A stretch of DNA of 64,000 nt from Phoronis australis (lineage: Eukaryota; Animalia; Phoronida): contig NMRA01000127.1 in assembly GCA_002633005.1 (NCBI GenBank), positions 318,438-382,437 on the forward strand, read 5' to 3'. Position numbers and translations under genes: made by a program. Shown piece after piece: positions 25,501 to 37,500 of this stretch. Each line of letters starts with the position of its first letter. Within the stretch, counting starts at the first letter, position 1. Below the pieces are notes generated by a model. The model was given only the letters and a program-made list of their open reading frames with translations. It was not told where the DNA came from and searched no databases.

Positions 25501-28500
25501 CCTGATGTTTTTCACAGAATAAAATCTACTTCATAAGAAAAGCACACCTTGAAAAATGAATGCGAACCCTGAAACCTCAAGGCATTTTATCTGGGTTGAG
25601 ACTATAGTTAATGCAGAAGACAAAAAATTTGATAGTGAATGACTAACTGTCTTCACTGTTTCATCATGTCGGTCTATCAAGTAGAAACGCAAAATAATGG
25701 ACCTTGTTGAATTTGGCATTAACATTTAAATTTTATTTAATTTTTTTCATTCTTCACTGAAACTCCGTCGCACGTAGCTAGTATCAAGCTAGTCAATATT
25801 GTTGTCCTTTTTAGATGTTGATGGACTTATCAGCCAGGCTGTCCTGAGTGGGAATTTCCAAGCGGCTGTCGACCTATGCTTCAAAGATGGCCGTATGGCA
25901 GAAGCCATCATCCTGGCTATAGCCGATTCACCGGAACTTCTCATCAGAACACAGAAACGGTTCTTTAAGCAAAACAAATGCAACATCACCAGAGTGAGTG
26001 GTTGAATAATTTATTCTGTGTCCTCAGTAATTCAGGGCTTGGAATTTTCCGCTTTTTTCAAATGTTCTTTCCGCGCATTTTATTATATTTCCGCGTAAAA
26101 AAATCGGATTTGATATAAAATTTCCGCGGCAAATTCCTTTCTTACCGCGGCGTTGCCAGCGACATTCACCTCGAAAAGCGGAAGTTGCTCTTTATGTTTC
26201 GGAGGAACGTAAATTGTCAACATTGCCGGGGCATCTGGGATAGTGTGGTGGGATTTTCAATGAATTTCAATGGCGTCTCGTGTGATTGTAAACTGCGGTG
26301 ACAAATACTACGGCTCCGCAGCCCAAAAATGTGTGGGGGTGGGAGTGGAGGTGGATGGACGAGATAACGAGATAAAGAGACGCAAGACTGAGTAGTGCGC
26401 ATGTTTTGGGCCGTAAAAGTTTCCGCGCTTTTTGTCATTGGTGATTCCAAGCCCTGGTAATTGTGTATTTGTGACAACTTAAGATATTTAGAAATTACGA
26501 TGTTATTTTAAGGGTTTGTATGTACGGAGCACGCGGGTAAAGTTTCTTTGAAGTCTTCTTGTTGGTGTTGGTGTTGTGTAATTAGCTTGAATATGGTCAT
26601 AACCTGTAAATGAAAATACGTTGCTGAAAGCATTGTCATTAGAGTATACGACTTGTTAACAAAAATTGAAATTAACCTTGGTTGCTTTCCTTGGTAGTTT
26701 AAAATAATTACATTATGTAATCTTTTTTATATTCCCAATGGTGGGGACACAATTTTGTCCGATTATTTGTATAGTTTGTGGCATGTGTAACAGACTGGTC
26801 TTCCAATCTGTAAGTACCTCACTTAGTCGACGAAGGAAACTTCGTCATTGAATTTATTCATTTGATGACTAGACTTAGCTTGTCCTTTGGAGACTGATGC
26901 CAACACGCTGTGTTTGGTTGTCATGATAGTCTGAGCTGTCATGTGTTCTTGACTGCTTTTGCAGCTGATCTCGTCGGTGGTTCAGAAAGACTGGAGCAGT
27001 ATCGTAGAGCAATGCGAGATTGATAACTGGAAGGAGGCGTTGGCTGTTATTCTGACTTACGCTAAACCAGAGGAGTTCTCTGCTCTTTGTGGTATGCTTT
27101 TATTTGCGGCATCCTCCTGTTTGTATGAATCGTGTGTGTGTGCAACTGTGGGCGATTGTTCATAGCATATCGTTTGTTTCAATTTTATACTGCCTGGAAC
27201 TGAAGGTGTATTCATGCTGGAGCATTGATTTGTGATGGGTGGTTTTAGTTGAAGATTAAACTTTGGCGTATTTCACTGATGACAGACACCTCCAAGACAC
27301 TTACGCTGAGACGTTTTGGTTTTTGTAATGGAAGTCTAAGCACTGTGGGGATTATTTTCTCACAGAAAGAAAGCTTTCCAGCCACTCACATGCATAATAG
27401 ATTGGGTTGTGAAACTCCAGCAAAGTCTTGGACAAGTACGATATCACCAAGCTTGCAAGGCAATTTCCTCATTTAGCCATTTGTAAATTTCAGTAACTTA
27501 AAGTGCAGTTTTTTTGCTCATATTCACAAACTCCTTGAAGTGCTATAAACCAGCCTTAGGAAAAAAAAACACTTGCCTTTGATTTAGTCTATTCACCAGT
27601 TTGTTTTTGTTTGATACCATGTTTGACACCTGAAATGACTTGCGGTGTCGAGCCAAGTAATCGAGCCTGGTATCAAATGCTTATGAAATGTCAGTTCTTC
27701 CCAATCCCAGAAATCACTTCTTGTCTGGGAAGGATTAAGTCGAGACTAGTTTTATAACCAAGTTTTTATAACCGGAAGTTAGCTTTCATGATGGATGACA
27801 GTTTCAAAGCAGCTGTATGGAGAATCATTTTATTCCTGAAAAGAATAAAAATCTTCACCTTTCTATTAACTACGTTGTTTGCAGACACACTTGGTACCAG
27901 ACTGGAAAGTGAACGTCATGGTGCCTTAGCTGTTAACGCCATCTTGTGTTACATCTGTGCTGGTAACATCAACCGTCTAGTGGAGTGCTGGGCTAAGAAC
28001 ACACCCAACAATAGTTCTCCTGCAGCACTTCAGGTAAACAGGCTCTTAAAACTATAGTCCCAAAGTTAAATTCTTGTGAGTTATGATTTGGAATGTTGTA
28101 TACCTGGGAAACAATCCTCTTTAGATAAGTATAACAGTTGACTTGCAGCATGTCCTAAGAGTGGATGTTCCTGAGTGCTCCTATGACATCAATCCCAGAC
28201 TACCTTTTAGAAGACACTGTGGTTGTGTTCTAATTTTGTGTGTGGTGGTCCAGTTGTCACTGAACTCGACTTACGCTGGTTATTTTATCGACAAATGCAT
28301 TTGCTTGTTGTATTTGTTATGTGTAGCAAATTTTAGGATAGACCCAATTCTTTGTCTGGGTGTGATGTCATGTAGCAGGGAGTTTCTGTGACCCACTACT
28401 AGATGTAGTTGATCTTTTGAAACTTGATTAGACATTTAAAATGATGACTGAGAAAATGAGCTGCTTATCAATGTTAAATTATTGGTTTTGAGTGATTGAT

Positions 28501-31500
28501 GTGTCCTACAATTTAACTAAGTGTCCGTGTTTATAAGTAATAAAAATTTTAATCTTGTACATACGATTGAAAACTAGACACGGCATGTGTCTTGTAGCAG
28601 TAATTTTTACTGTTGCCCTCTGTTAGTGTAAAAGCCCATTTTCTTCTTAAAGCCCGCTGCTGAATTACCAACAGTTTCCCTATGGACTGCCTGTGTATTG
28701 TTGCACTTGGTTTATCAGCCAACCCCTAATTTCTGCTTTTTACACTTGGAATATCCTGGCCATTAACTTGAGTAAATATGGTAAAACTGACGCTCCGTCT
28801 TCAGGATTTGGTAGAAAAGGTGATGGTTTTGCGCAAAGCTGTGGAAATAGTGCAGGGTCAGGCTTACGAGATCACGGGTGCAGCCATCTCGGAGAAGTTG
28901 AGCCACTACGCTGAGCTCCTGGCCGCACAAGGGAGTCTATCTACGGCCATGTCTTACTTGGGCAACTCTACTGAGGTGCGTACGAGCAATCACATATCTA
29001 GTGACGACTGAGTGTTTTTGGCATTATATATGTGACTAACAGTAGAACACTTATCTGTTGACGACTGAATGTTTTTCACTTTATATTGTGACTAACAGTA
29101 GAATACTTATCTGTTGATGACTGACAGTTGTTCACTGGTTACATAGGACTACTGTTATGAGTATCTTTGGCAGATTTTTGAAGCTAAAGTGTGGCGTTAA
29201 GGTATTTATAATCATTACAAAAATGCCTGAATATTTTGTGGTGAACGGATAAAAAGCCTTGGAATGCAAAACTGGCTTTTTCTTCATTTTTCTGACTTTT
29301 CTGCTCTACCTGTTATCTACATTTTACACTTCCTGTATGGCTACACAGTTAAACACTTTTCCAGGAGCAGTTGGTTGTCTTAAGAGACCGACTGTACCAG
29401 GCCCTGGGCTCAGAGGCATCTGGCTTTGACAGACCTCCCTGCCCATTTGAGAGACAGGATGTGCCTGTGACAGCAAAGGTACAGCCACGTCAGCAGGCAC
29501 GCCAGACTCAACAGCAGAGGCAGCAACAGCCAACAGCAAAGCCTTACCACCAGGTTTGTGCTGCTCTCTTTGTAAAGTTTATTCTTGGATAGATGAAAGG
29601 GTTAGCACAGACGGGTAGCTATGAGCTGAGCTGCCTGCCGTTAGTGAACCATGGCTGAGCTGAGAGAGAGAAACTTTTATTTTTTAAATCATATAAAACA
29701 TACATTGTTATATGACTGGGTGGCCAGCAAAGGCACGGGCCGCTAATAGCTGACCACCGAGTAACAGTAAATTAGAGAGATATTAACAGTTAAGAAGAAA
29801 AATATAGATAACTGAAAAAGTACATCTACAATGAAATGAAATACAATGCAAGTTTATAATAAAAACGTAAATTAAATGTATTTTACAAAGAATTAAACAC
29901 AGAGTCTATTGATACAAGGGAAACTGCATGGTTAGAAAAGCATGTGACTAAGATGTTAGGCAGGTGATCACGGTTACTTAAATTAGAACATGCATAACAA
30001 TGTAGAATGCTACACTGAGAGCTGTAAGTGCTTAATATGTAATTTTTTAAATACAGTGAGAAGCCATGAGAGCTCATGCCAAGTGAGAAAATATGACAAC
30101 TAAATGAACTAGCCACTAGGTCATTGAGTTGATCTAGTCTTGGCACGAGCTGTCAATTCAGACGGACATTTTGGCTGGCTATCCTTTTGTTCTGGTCTCG
30201 TGGACTAGTAGCGTGGTGTGACCTCCATTAATCTCCATTATGCCTATGGCCTTTTACGGATAATGAAAGTTGATGTGTACGCATCGCTGTTTATTGATTT
30301 GTGGTTTACCAGCCGCAAGTGACCATCTGCTTGGTTAGCTGGCAGCTGACTTTTTGATAGATGCTACCTGTTTTCTTGTATCTGTCGCAAATTAAACTTG
30401 TGCTTGTCTGAAATGCTTCAAAAATGAAGTGATCTCTACAGATCGTTTGTCTACTTCTACTTGTGGTATTGCTCGGCATTACTGCTATCTTGCAGTCCTT
30501 TGCGTACATGACTTTTTTGCTGTTCGTTAAAAAGTCAATTTGTTGTTAGCCCTTTGAAAACATACAATAAAACTGGCATAGATTAGATCGAACCGGATCA
30601 AGACATTTTATCCACACAAGACAATGTTAAGTTTGTCTGAAATTAGATCTCTTGTTTATTTGTAAATGTTTGTCCGTCGATTTTAAGTTGGTGGCTTTTC
30701 CTTACACTTGTTGCTGTTTGTGGCTTTAAGTGCGTTTCACGCCTTCGTCTTGATTTCTGTCTTTATAACTGACTGAGTGTGACACGTGCTTTCAGGCCCA
30801 AGCAGGCGGTTCATTCCAGACGGTGACAACATCCAGCGCCACCTATTACAATACGAACCAGTACACGTCATATAACAGCAATTCTAGTACTACTCCAACC
30901 TTCAGCCAGGGACCGACCCAATACAACTACAATCAGCCAAACCAGTACTCATCAGCTGTATCGAGAGGTTTGTTGAGAAGCTTTGTTATTGATCAGCAAA
31001 TAGCAAACACTGAGTTGCCTGCAGTCTCTTAAATCACACTCGCTATAATGCAGTGTTGACTGTGAACATAGCCTCCAAAACTCCAATTATTGCCTCCACT
31101 CATGCCATCCACTCATTGGCTCAAACTGCTTCATGGTTTCACCATCTGTAGCTCATCCTGAGGACATGTACCATTTCGTCTGCATCTGCAGTTTGTTCTG
31201 TGAATTAAGAACAATATGTATTTCTTCTTGCATGATCTTTGTCTTATCCCAACAAGCGTTAATTTAAGAAATTGTTGGAATTGTTGTGACATACCATTGT
31301 TAAAAAATGTAGCCATGTTTATTAAGCATCAGCCGGGAGGCAAGGATTGCTGGAAACTGATCCCCATGATTACCCATAATGCTGTGTATTGTATCTGTTC
31401 AGTGATTGAGTCTCATGTATCCTCTCTCATAACAGTTGTAATTTGTACAATGGCCTCAAGGTATGATAATAAACTATATCTATAGATATCAAGCTGGCCT

Positions 31501-34500
31501 ATTTCTTTGCTGTAGGTCCGCTGGCTCACAAGTATCCCAGCAGCTCCACGAGCTACACTCAGCAGCCTGTCCCCCAGCAGAACGCCTTCAGCCAACCAGG
31601 GTACATGCAACCTCAGCCTGGTTACACGCAGCCGGATTTCTCCGGCAACTTCTCCGGTTACACTGGGCAGCCCACGTCCCAGTCGGCCCCGATCAGCGTG
31701 TACAATCCAACACTACAGCCTCAGCAACCTCGGCAGACGACACCAGGTGAGTTTGGGGACAAGGGAGATAACTTTTGCTGTTGTTTGGATACTGGTGAAG
31801 GTTATTGCCAAGTTTTTGTCTGCATGAAGGTGCTTGGAATGACGTACTGTTCCCATTTTTGAACATTTTGTGCAAATGCATGGACGATCAGTATTAAATT
31901 TGTTATTTTACCTACTAGTTCAGACAAGAGTTGCTGTGAGGCTTAACTCATTGAGGAATGATGAAGCTTTAAGTGTAATGAGTGAATTATTAAAGGATGA
32001 ATGTAAATTAAAATCTTGTAATAAATATATGATTGTTGATGTATATGTGTTGAGAATTTGTGTCTGTTTTGTATTTAGTTTTATTGTTTTGCAATCATTG
32101 TACTTTACATTTTACTAGTTTATTATAACCTTTATGGTACCCTGTATGTGAGTGGAAGAATATTGAAGACTAGTGCAGCAATAACAACACGTTGACTTGT
32201 ATTTTCAGATTTTGAAAATTTTAGGCCGCACCCTATGTATCGTCGCCGAAGCAGCAAACATTTGGACCGTGAATTTTTAGGTTACACTTGTGATGCTTGA
32301 CTTTCTTAGGTTTTGTGGTATCTCTGTCTGTGTTGAATGATTCTCTTTCCTTCTCGGTCGGAGTTTAAAGCTGTGATAAAGATCATTTCACAATGTCATT
32401 TGGTTCTGTAATAATCTACTTTCAGTTACTGTTTTTATTTATGAGCCTGCTGTTTTAAGATTTGAAAATTCTGATTTGAGTTTCCACGACTCTCATTAAC
32501 GAAAATGTTGTGAGGTGATTAACACGCATACCTGTAGTTTAGTAAACATGAATTTCGCTGGCTTTGTTGGTGTAGTGTCAGAAAATTTTTGTTATCAAGT
32601 TCTTTAAACTTTTAGAGACAAATGTAGAATTAATGAGATTTTGTTTTCATAGATTGTTCTTGCTTCCTCATGCTAATGGTACTGCCACCTGTACGCCCAA
32701 CTGTGAATCATTTCGAATGTTTGTTCCACAACAACAGTTAGTCTGCCTAAGTTATTTGTGTGTGCAAACAACTGGCAGTATGTTCGTCATGGGTCGTCGG
32801 GATCTAAGTTTGCCAGTGACGTATTTTTCTCCAGCTAATGTTTGAAGATTTCCACAACGCATAATAATTTTCAAGTGCTTAACACAAGCAGTGTGTATAA
32901 CTCTAGCCGTTAATGCTAAAATGAAGTACGCCTGCCTAGTGCTAGGTGGCAGTAGTAGTCGGTGAGCCTCTTTGACTAGCTACCATTGTCTTTCCATTAG
33001 CGTGATGTAGCTTCATTGAGTTCTTTTTTGGTTAGCCAGTTGATCTCATCGTCTCAGCTTTGTAGGTGATATAGGTAGTGATCACGAGAACAAAGCCACG
33101 CCGAACAGTCCTCGCGACAGCATGCGCACTGTACAAGAGGTGGCCACAAGGAGCACAGGTGTTTTCTCGATGTGTACCCCCTCCTGGCTATCATTTTAGC
33201 TGTGCTCTGTCTCTATAACACCTGTTCTTGTGCTGACATATACACCTGTGTGGTGTTGTTAGATTTGAGGTGAAGGGGGATTTGAGGAAGTGAAGCCGTA
33301 GTCTAGTGTCGGGCAATGCTTTGTAGATTGTAAAGGGATTTGATAGCTATACAATGACTTGTGTGGCAGGATATACACGATATCTTAATCATAAGATTGT
33401 TCACTAATTGTTTGTTTTAGTTCCAGTTTATGGTTAATGCATTAAATATGCACATACTTTTTAATCTTTTGGGACTGATCTTATTTTTGATCGATATTAT
33501 GGCATGTTTTTGTGCGTTGATTTCATGTGCATTCATCATCTAAGATTCTGTTTATTTGTGGATCAGTACTCTCTCGTTACACGCATACCCGTGTATGTCG
33601 TCTGCTTCTTACCATTCATGTGCTAACCGCACTCCTCTGATGGACCCGTCAGCTGGTTTATTCACGATTACTTCTACCCATGAAGCTAACCATTGTTTTG
33701 TTGTTTTACCTTATCAGTTGAAGGCTTGCCAGTTGATGATTTCGAAACCGACGAAGGTATCTTGGCTCGGTAGCATGCAAAAGATGGCTTTTCTTAGGTC
33801 GTTTTGTAACAAAACAGCATGCAAAGCTCCACCTTTTGGCCATGCGTGGTAGTGTGGGAGGCTGCAGACACTGTCCTGCAATGATGATAACTGACAAAAA
33901 ATTCCTCCAATTTCTTTCCCAGTTTAGGTCAATATCCTCCCCCCCCCATATCTAGGAGGGGAATTTCGTGATATTTTACCCTACCAGCAAATACACAGTA
34001 GAATCGCTCTATGTGTCGAGTCATGTAATTATTTTAAAAATATTTTGTCTCTTCCACTATGCTGTAAATATTACACAATTGCCTTCTAGGTAGAGCATAT
34101 TGTGCGAGGGTAATTTCAGTGAATTTTTGTTCAAAATTTAGGGGATTAATACCGTGGAATCTCCCAGTGAGAGCTCTGCTACTGAGTTTGTTCATTGGTC
34201 ACTAGAGCTTCAGACTAGCATATCCTGTAAACTTATACCATGAAAAAGGTCTAAATAGCTGATTGAGTTATGGTGACTGGCCGATAGCTAAAACAATTAT
34301 CTAATTGGGTTCTCTGTTAGTTTTTAATGGCTGTACTATTGCTTGAGTATAATACAGAAGTTGTTAACTGTCCAAGAAACAACTGCTAATCTCTGTGAGT
34401 GTTGGCTTTAAAACTTTTTAGGATAATCGGGTTTTACACAGTAGAGTCGACCACAGTTTAGACATATTCAGATTGCACATTGTTTACAAAACAGATTACG

Positions 34501-37500
34501 AGGTTTTGTAAGGGAGCTTTGATTGTAGTTTAGGTGCCCCCTGAAAGTTTTGTTTGCTTTTAGTGCAACCATAGTTGCCAGTCTAAAGCTTTGTTTGCAA
34601 TGCATGTTATGAATTGTATTTGTCCAACATAACTAGGTGTAAAGATTTAAAAAATGACTTTGTCTCGGAACTACTGGCATATTGCAAATCACCAGGCATG
34701 TTAATTCAGTTAAACATTTCAGTCTATCTTCAGTGTATTTTATTGTCTAGCTATAATTGTATTTTTAGTTGACCTTAATCCATTTATTTTGTGAATTGTG
34801 TTAATTCCAGAGTGTAGCAATGCTCTTCTTTGATGTGGTGTTTGTGTGAATGTTTCATGGCACTAGCAATAGCCATTATCTTTGACACTCACCAATTCAT
34901 GTTTAATATTCGATTCCTTATTTTATACTCAGCTGTTATGTTCCATGTTTTTACAGGTGCTCCTGTTGTCAGCAGGTATGCGGATGACAATATGGAACCT
35001 GGCTGGAATGACCCTCCCATAGTCACAGGAAAAAAGACGGAGCAGGTTGGTTAACTCTAGACTTTCAGCTGTGTGATGGGTTGGACAGTGATGTCTGGTT
35101 TGCGTGGGTGTAGGGTTGGCACCACAGATCCACAGTGCTGCTACTGTATGTAGGGTTGGCACCACAGGTCCGTGGTGCTGGTAATTTATATAGGGCTGGC
35201 ACCACAGGTCTGTTTTGCTGGTAATGTATATGGGTTGGCACCACAGGCCCGTGGTGCTGGTAATGTATGTAGGGTTTGCAACACAGGTTCACTGTTATGT
35301 TACTGTACTGAATACTGAAACGTTTAATACCTATTTAACATGGAAACAAAAATTACTTGATGCTCAATTTATGCCTCTAAAACTGAAAGGATGGCTAATA
35401 TGATATTTTCATGTTATTTTTTCAAATAAATCTACATGGTTCATAAGTCTTGAAAAGCCCTCGGGTTTAGAGCATTGGCCTTGAATAGTCTTTGAATTTA
35501 ATTCTGACCTTGAAATTCAGCTTTTAACCTTGAGAATATTTGAAAGACCTTGGACCCGTTCCAAGATACTAACTTAAGTTCATGTTTGAGTTAAGCCTGA
35601 GATTCGTCTCAACCTCCAAACTTTGAAACTTCCACATCTGGTAATTAAGACAAAAACTTAACTTAAACTTAAGACAAAACTTAAGTCAAAAACTTAAATC
35701 AAACTTAAGATTAGAACTTAAGAGAAACTTAAGTTTATCTTAAAATTGATATAAGTTTAAGATTTGTCTTAGCTAAGTCAAGTTTACTTGGAACAAGCCC
35801 CTTCATTATAAGTATGTGCTTACAATTTTATTTTTTATTGCAAAAACTTGTTTTTAAAAAATCATGCACTTCAGCGATTTTTCTTTAGGGCTGTTCCAGT
35901 AAAATCCGTGTGGGAGGGGGGGGGACGGCAGTAGAAATAAAAATTCATGGGTGGTTGTCTTAGGAAAAAAACGCAAATTATGGCTGGTCGTTCCTGTAAG
36001 AAGTGATGCATTAAAAATGGGTGGTCTTTTTTGACCAGTCAATGTTGATAGTTTGGTTACTCCAGCCCTCGAAACTAAAAACAAAATGCAATTGGCAAAT
36101 TTCCTAACTTATCCCAAAACAAAAAAGCCCATATTGCCAGTGAACAGAGTGCAATATGTTCACTAAGCCATTAATCAAGTCATGGGCAACTTGATATGAG
36201 CCAATTGTTTGTCTGCAGTCCTATTGAATTGAAAAGTTATGCAACACTAAACTGTTGTTAGCACATATAAGAAAATTGATGATTTTTAAAAAAAAGTATG
36301 AGGAGTAAGATAAACAAGTTCCAATATTCACTTGACATAGAAGTATAAAAGAGTTTGTGGAGACAGTTTGAGATTCATAGATCCTTATAATTGAAAAAAT
36401 GTTCATTGAAATTATAGACACATGGTGAACAGAGACACCTGGTGGCTGCCAAAAGTATTGATCATAGGCTACTTTAGTTTTTGACAATATTGGACAAGAC
36501 GACTAGTTCTTGTCTGTCAATCATCTAAGTTCTTAACAGGTCATCCTGGTGGCAGTTTGTTTGCAAGTGTTGGATTTTATATTTTAACCTATCAAAAATA
36601 ATTAAAAAATTATGGGTCATGGGTTGGAGAAATAAATGAAAAATATGGGCGGTGGGTACGAAATAAAAGTGCCTTCCCCCCCTCCCATACAGATTTTGCT
36701 GGAACAGCCCTTAGATGTTTTGTATTCAATTTGTTTGTGTAATTAAAATGTATAACATAAAATTACCACTGTGATTGTGGTGTTTTAAACTTACTAAGTT
36801 TGATTTTGTTATAGTATTCAATATCGGTATCGATTGAGTCTCACTATCAAATTGACTGTATCAGTGTCATATTGAATTTCAAATAGTGGAACCCAACACT
36901 AGTTGGGTAAGAAAATGCTCGAAACTGGATCATTAAAAGTGGATTTCAGTGTCAAACTCTAAGTAAACCGTAGCAACAGAAAATTCTGGGTATTCATGCG
37001 CCAGTGTTCAATGAATTCGTCTTCTAATTATCATTGTATTATATTCACCAATTGCATTGTCAGAATTTCCAAACATTTCCAAACACTCTTATGACCTTCC
37101 ATTGAAAAGGCAGAAAATTTAGATCGAAACTTCAAATTTGCAGTGGAGAACTTAAAATTCTCCAGGTGGTCCTATCAAGACTGTGGTCTAGGCTGTTTAT
37201 ATCGAAGCATTCAACTTATCCGGTATCCACACTGGTGCACACCTTTCTCTTCACAGATGATAAAAGAGGGCTATTGTTCATTAGTGCCATCTAGTGGTTA
37301 TCGTGTCTCTCATTTATCACAAGCTTGTCGGTAACATGCAGGTCTGCATGTTGCTTTGTGAAAGGGTGTTTTTATCAGTGGGTTTCTTACTTTGTAGCCA
37401 TCATACCAGCCTCCAGCTCCCATCACTGCTCCTGTCTTTGGAGTACCCCAGCCGGAGCAGACGCCACCGGGCGCCCCCTATGGACAGCAGTTTTACAACC

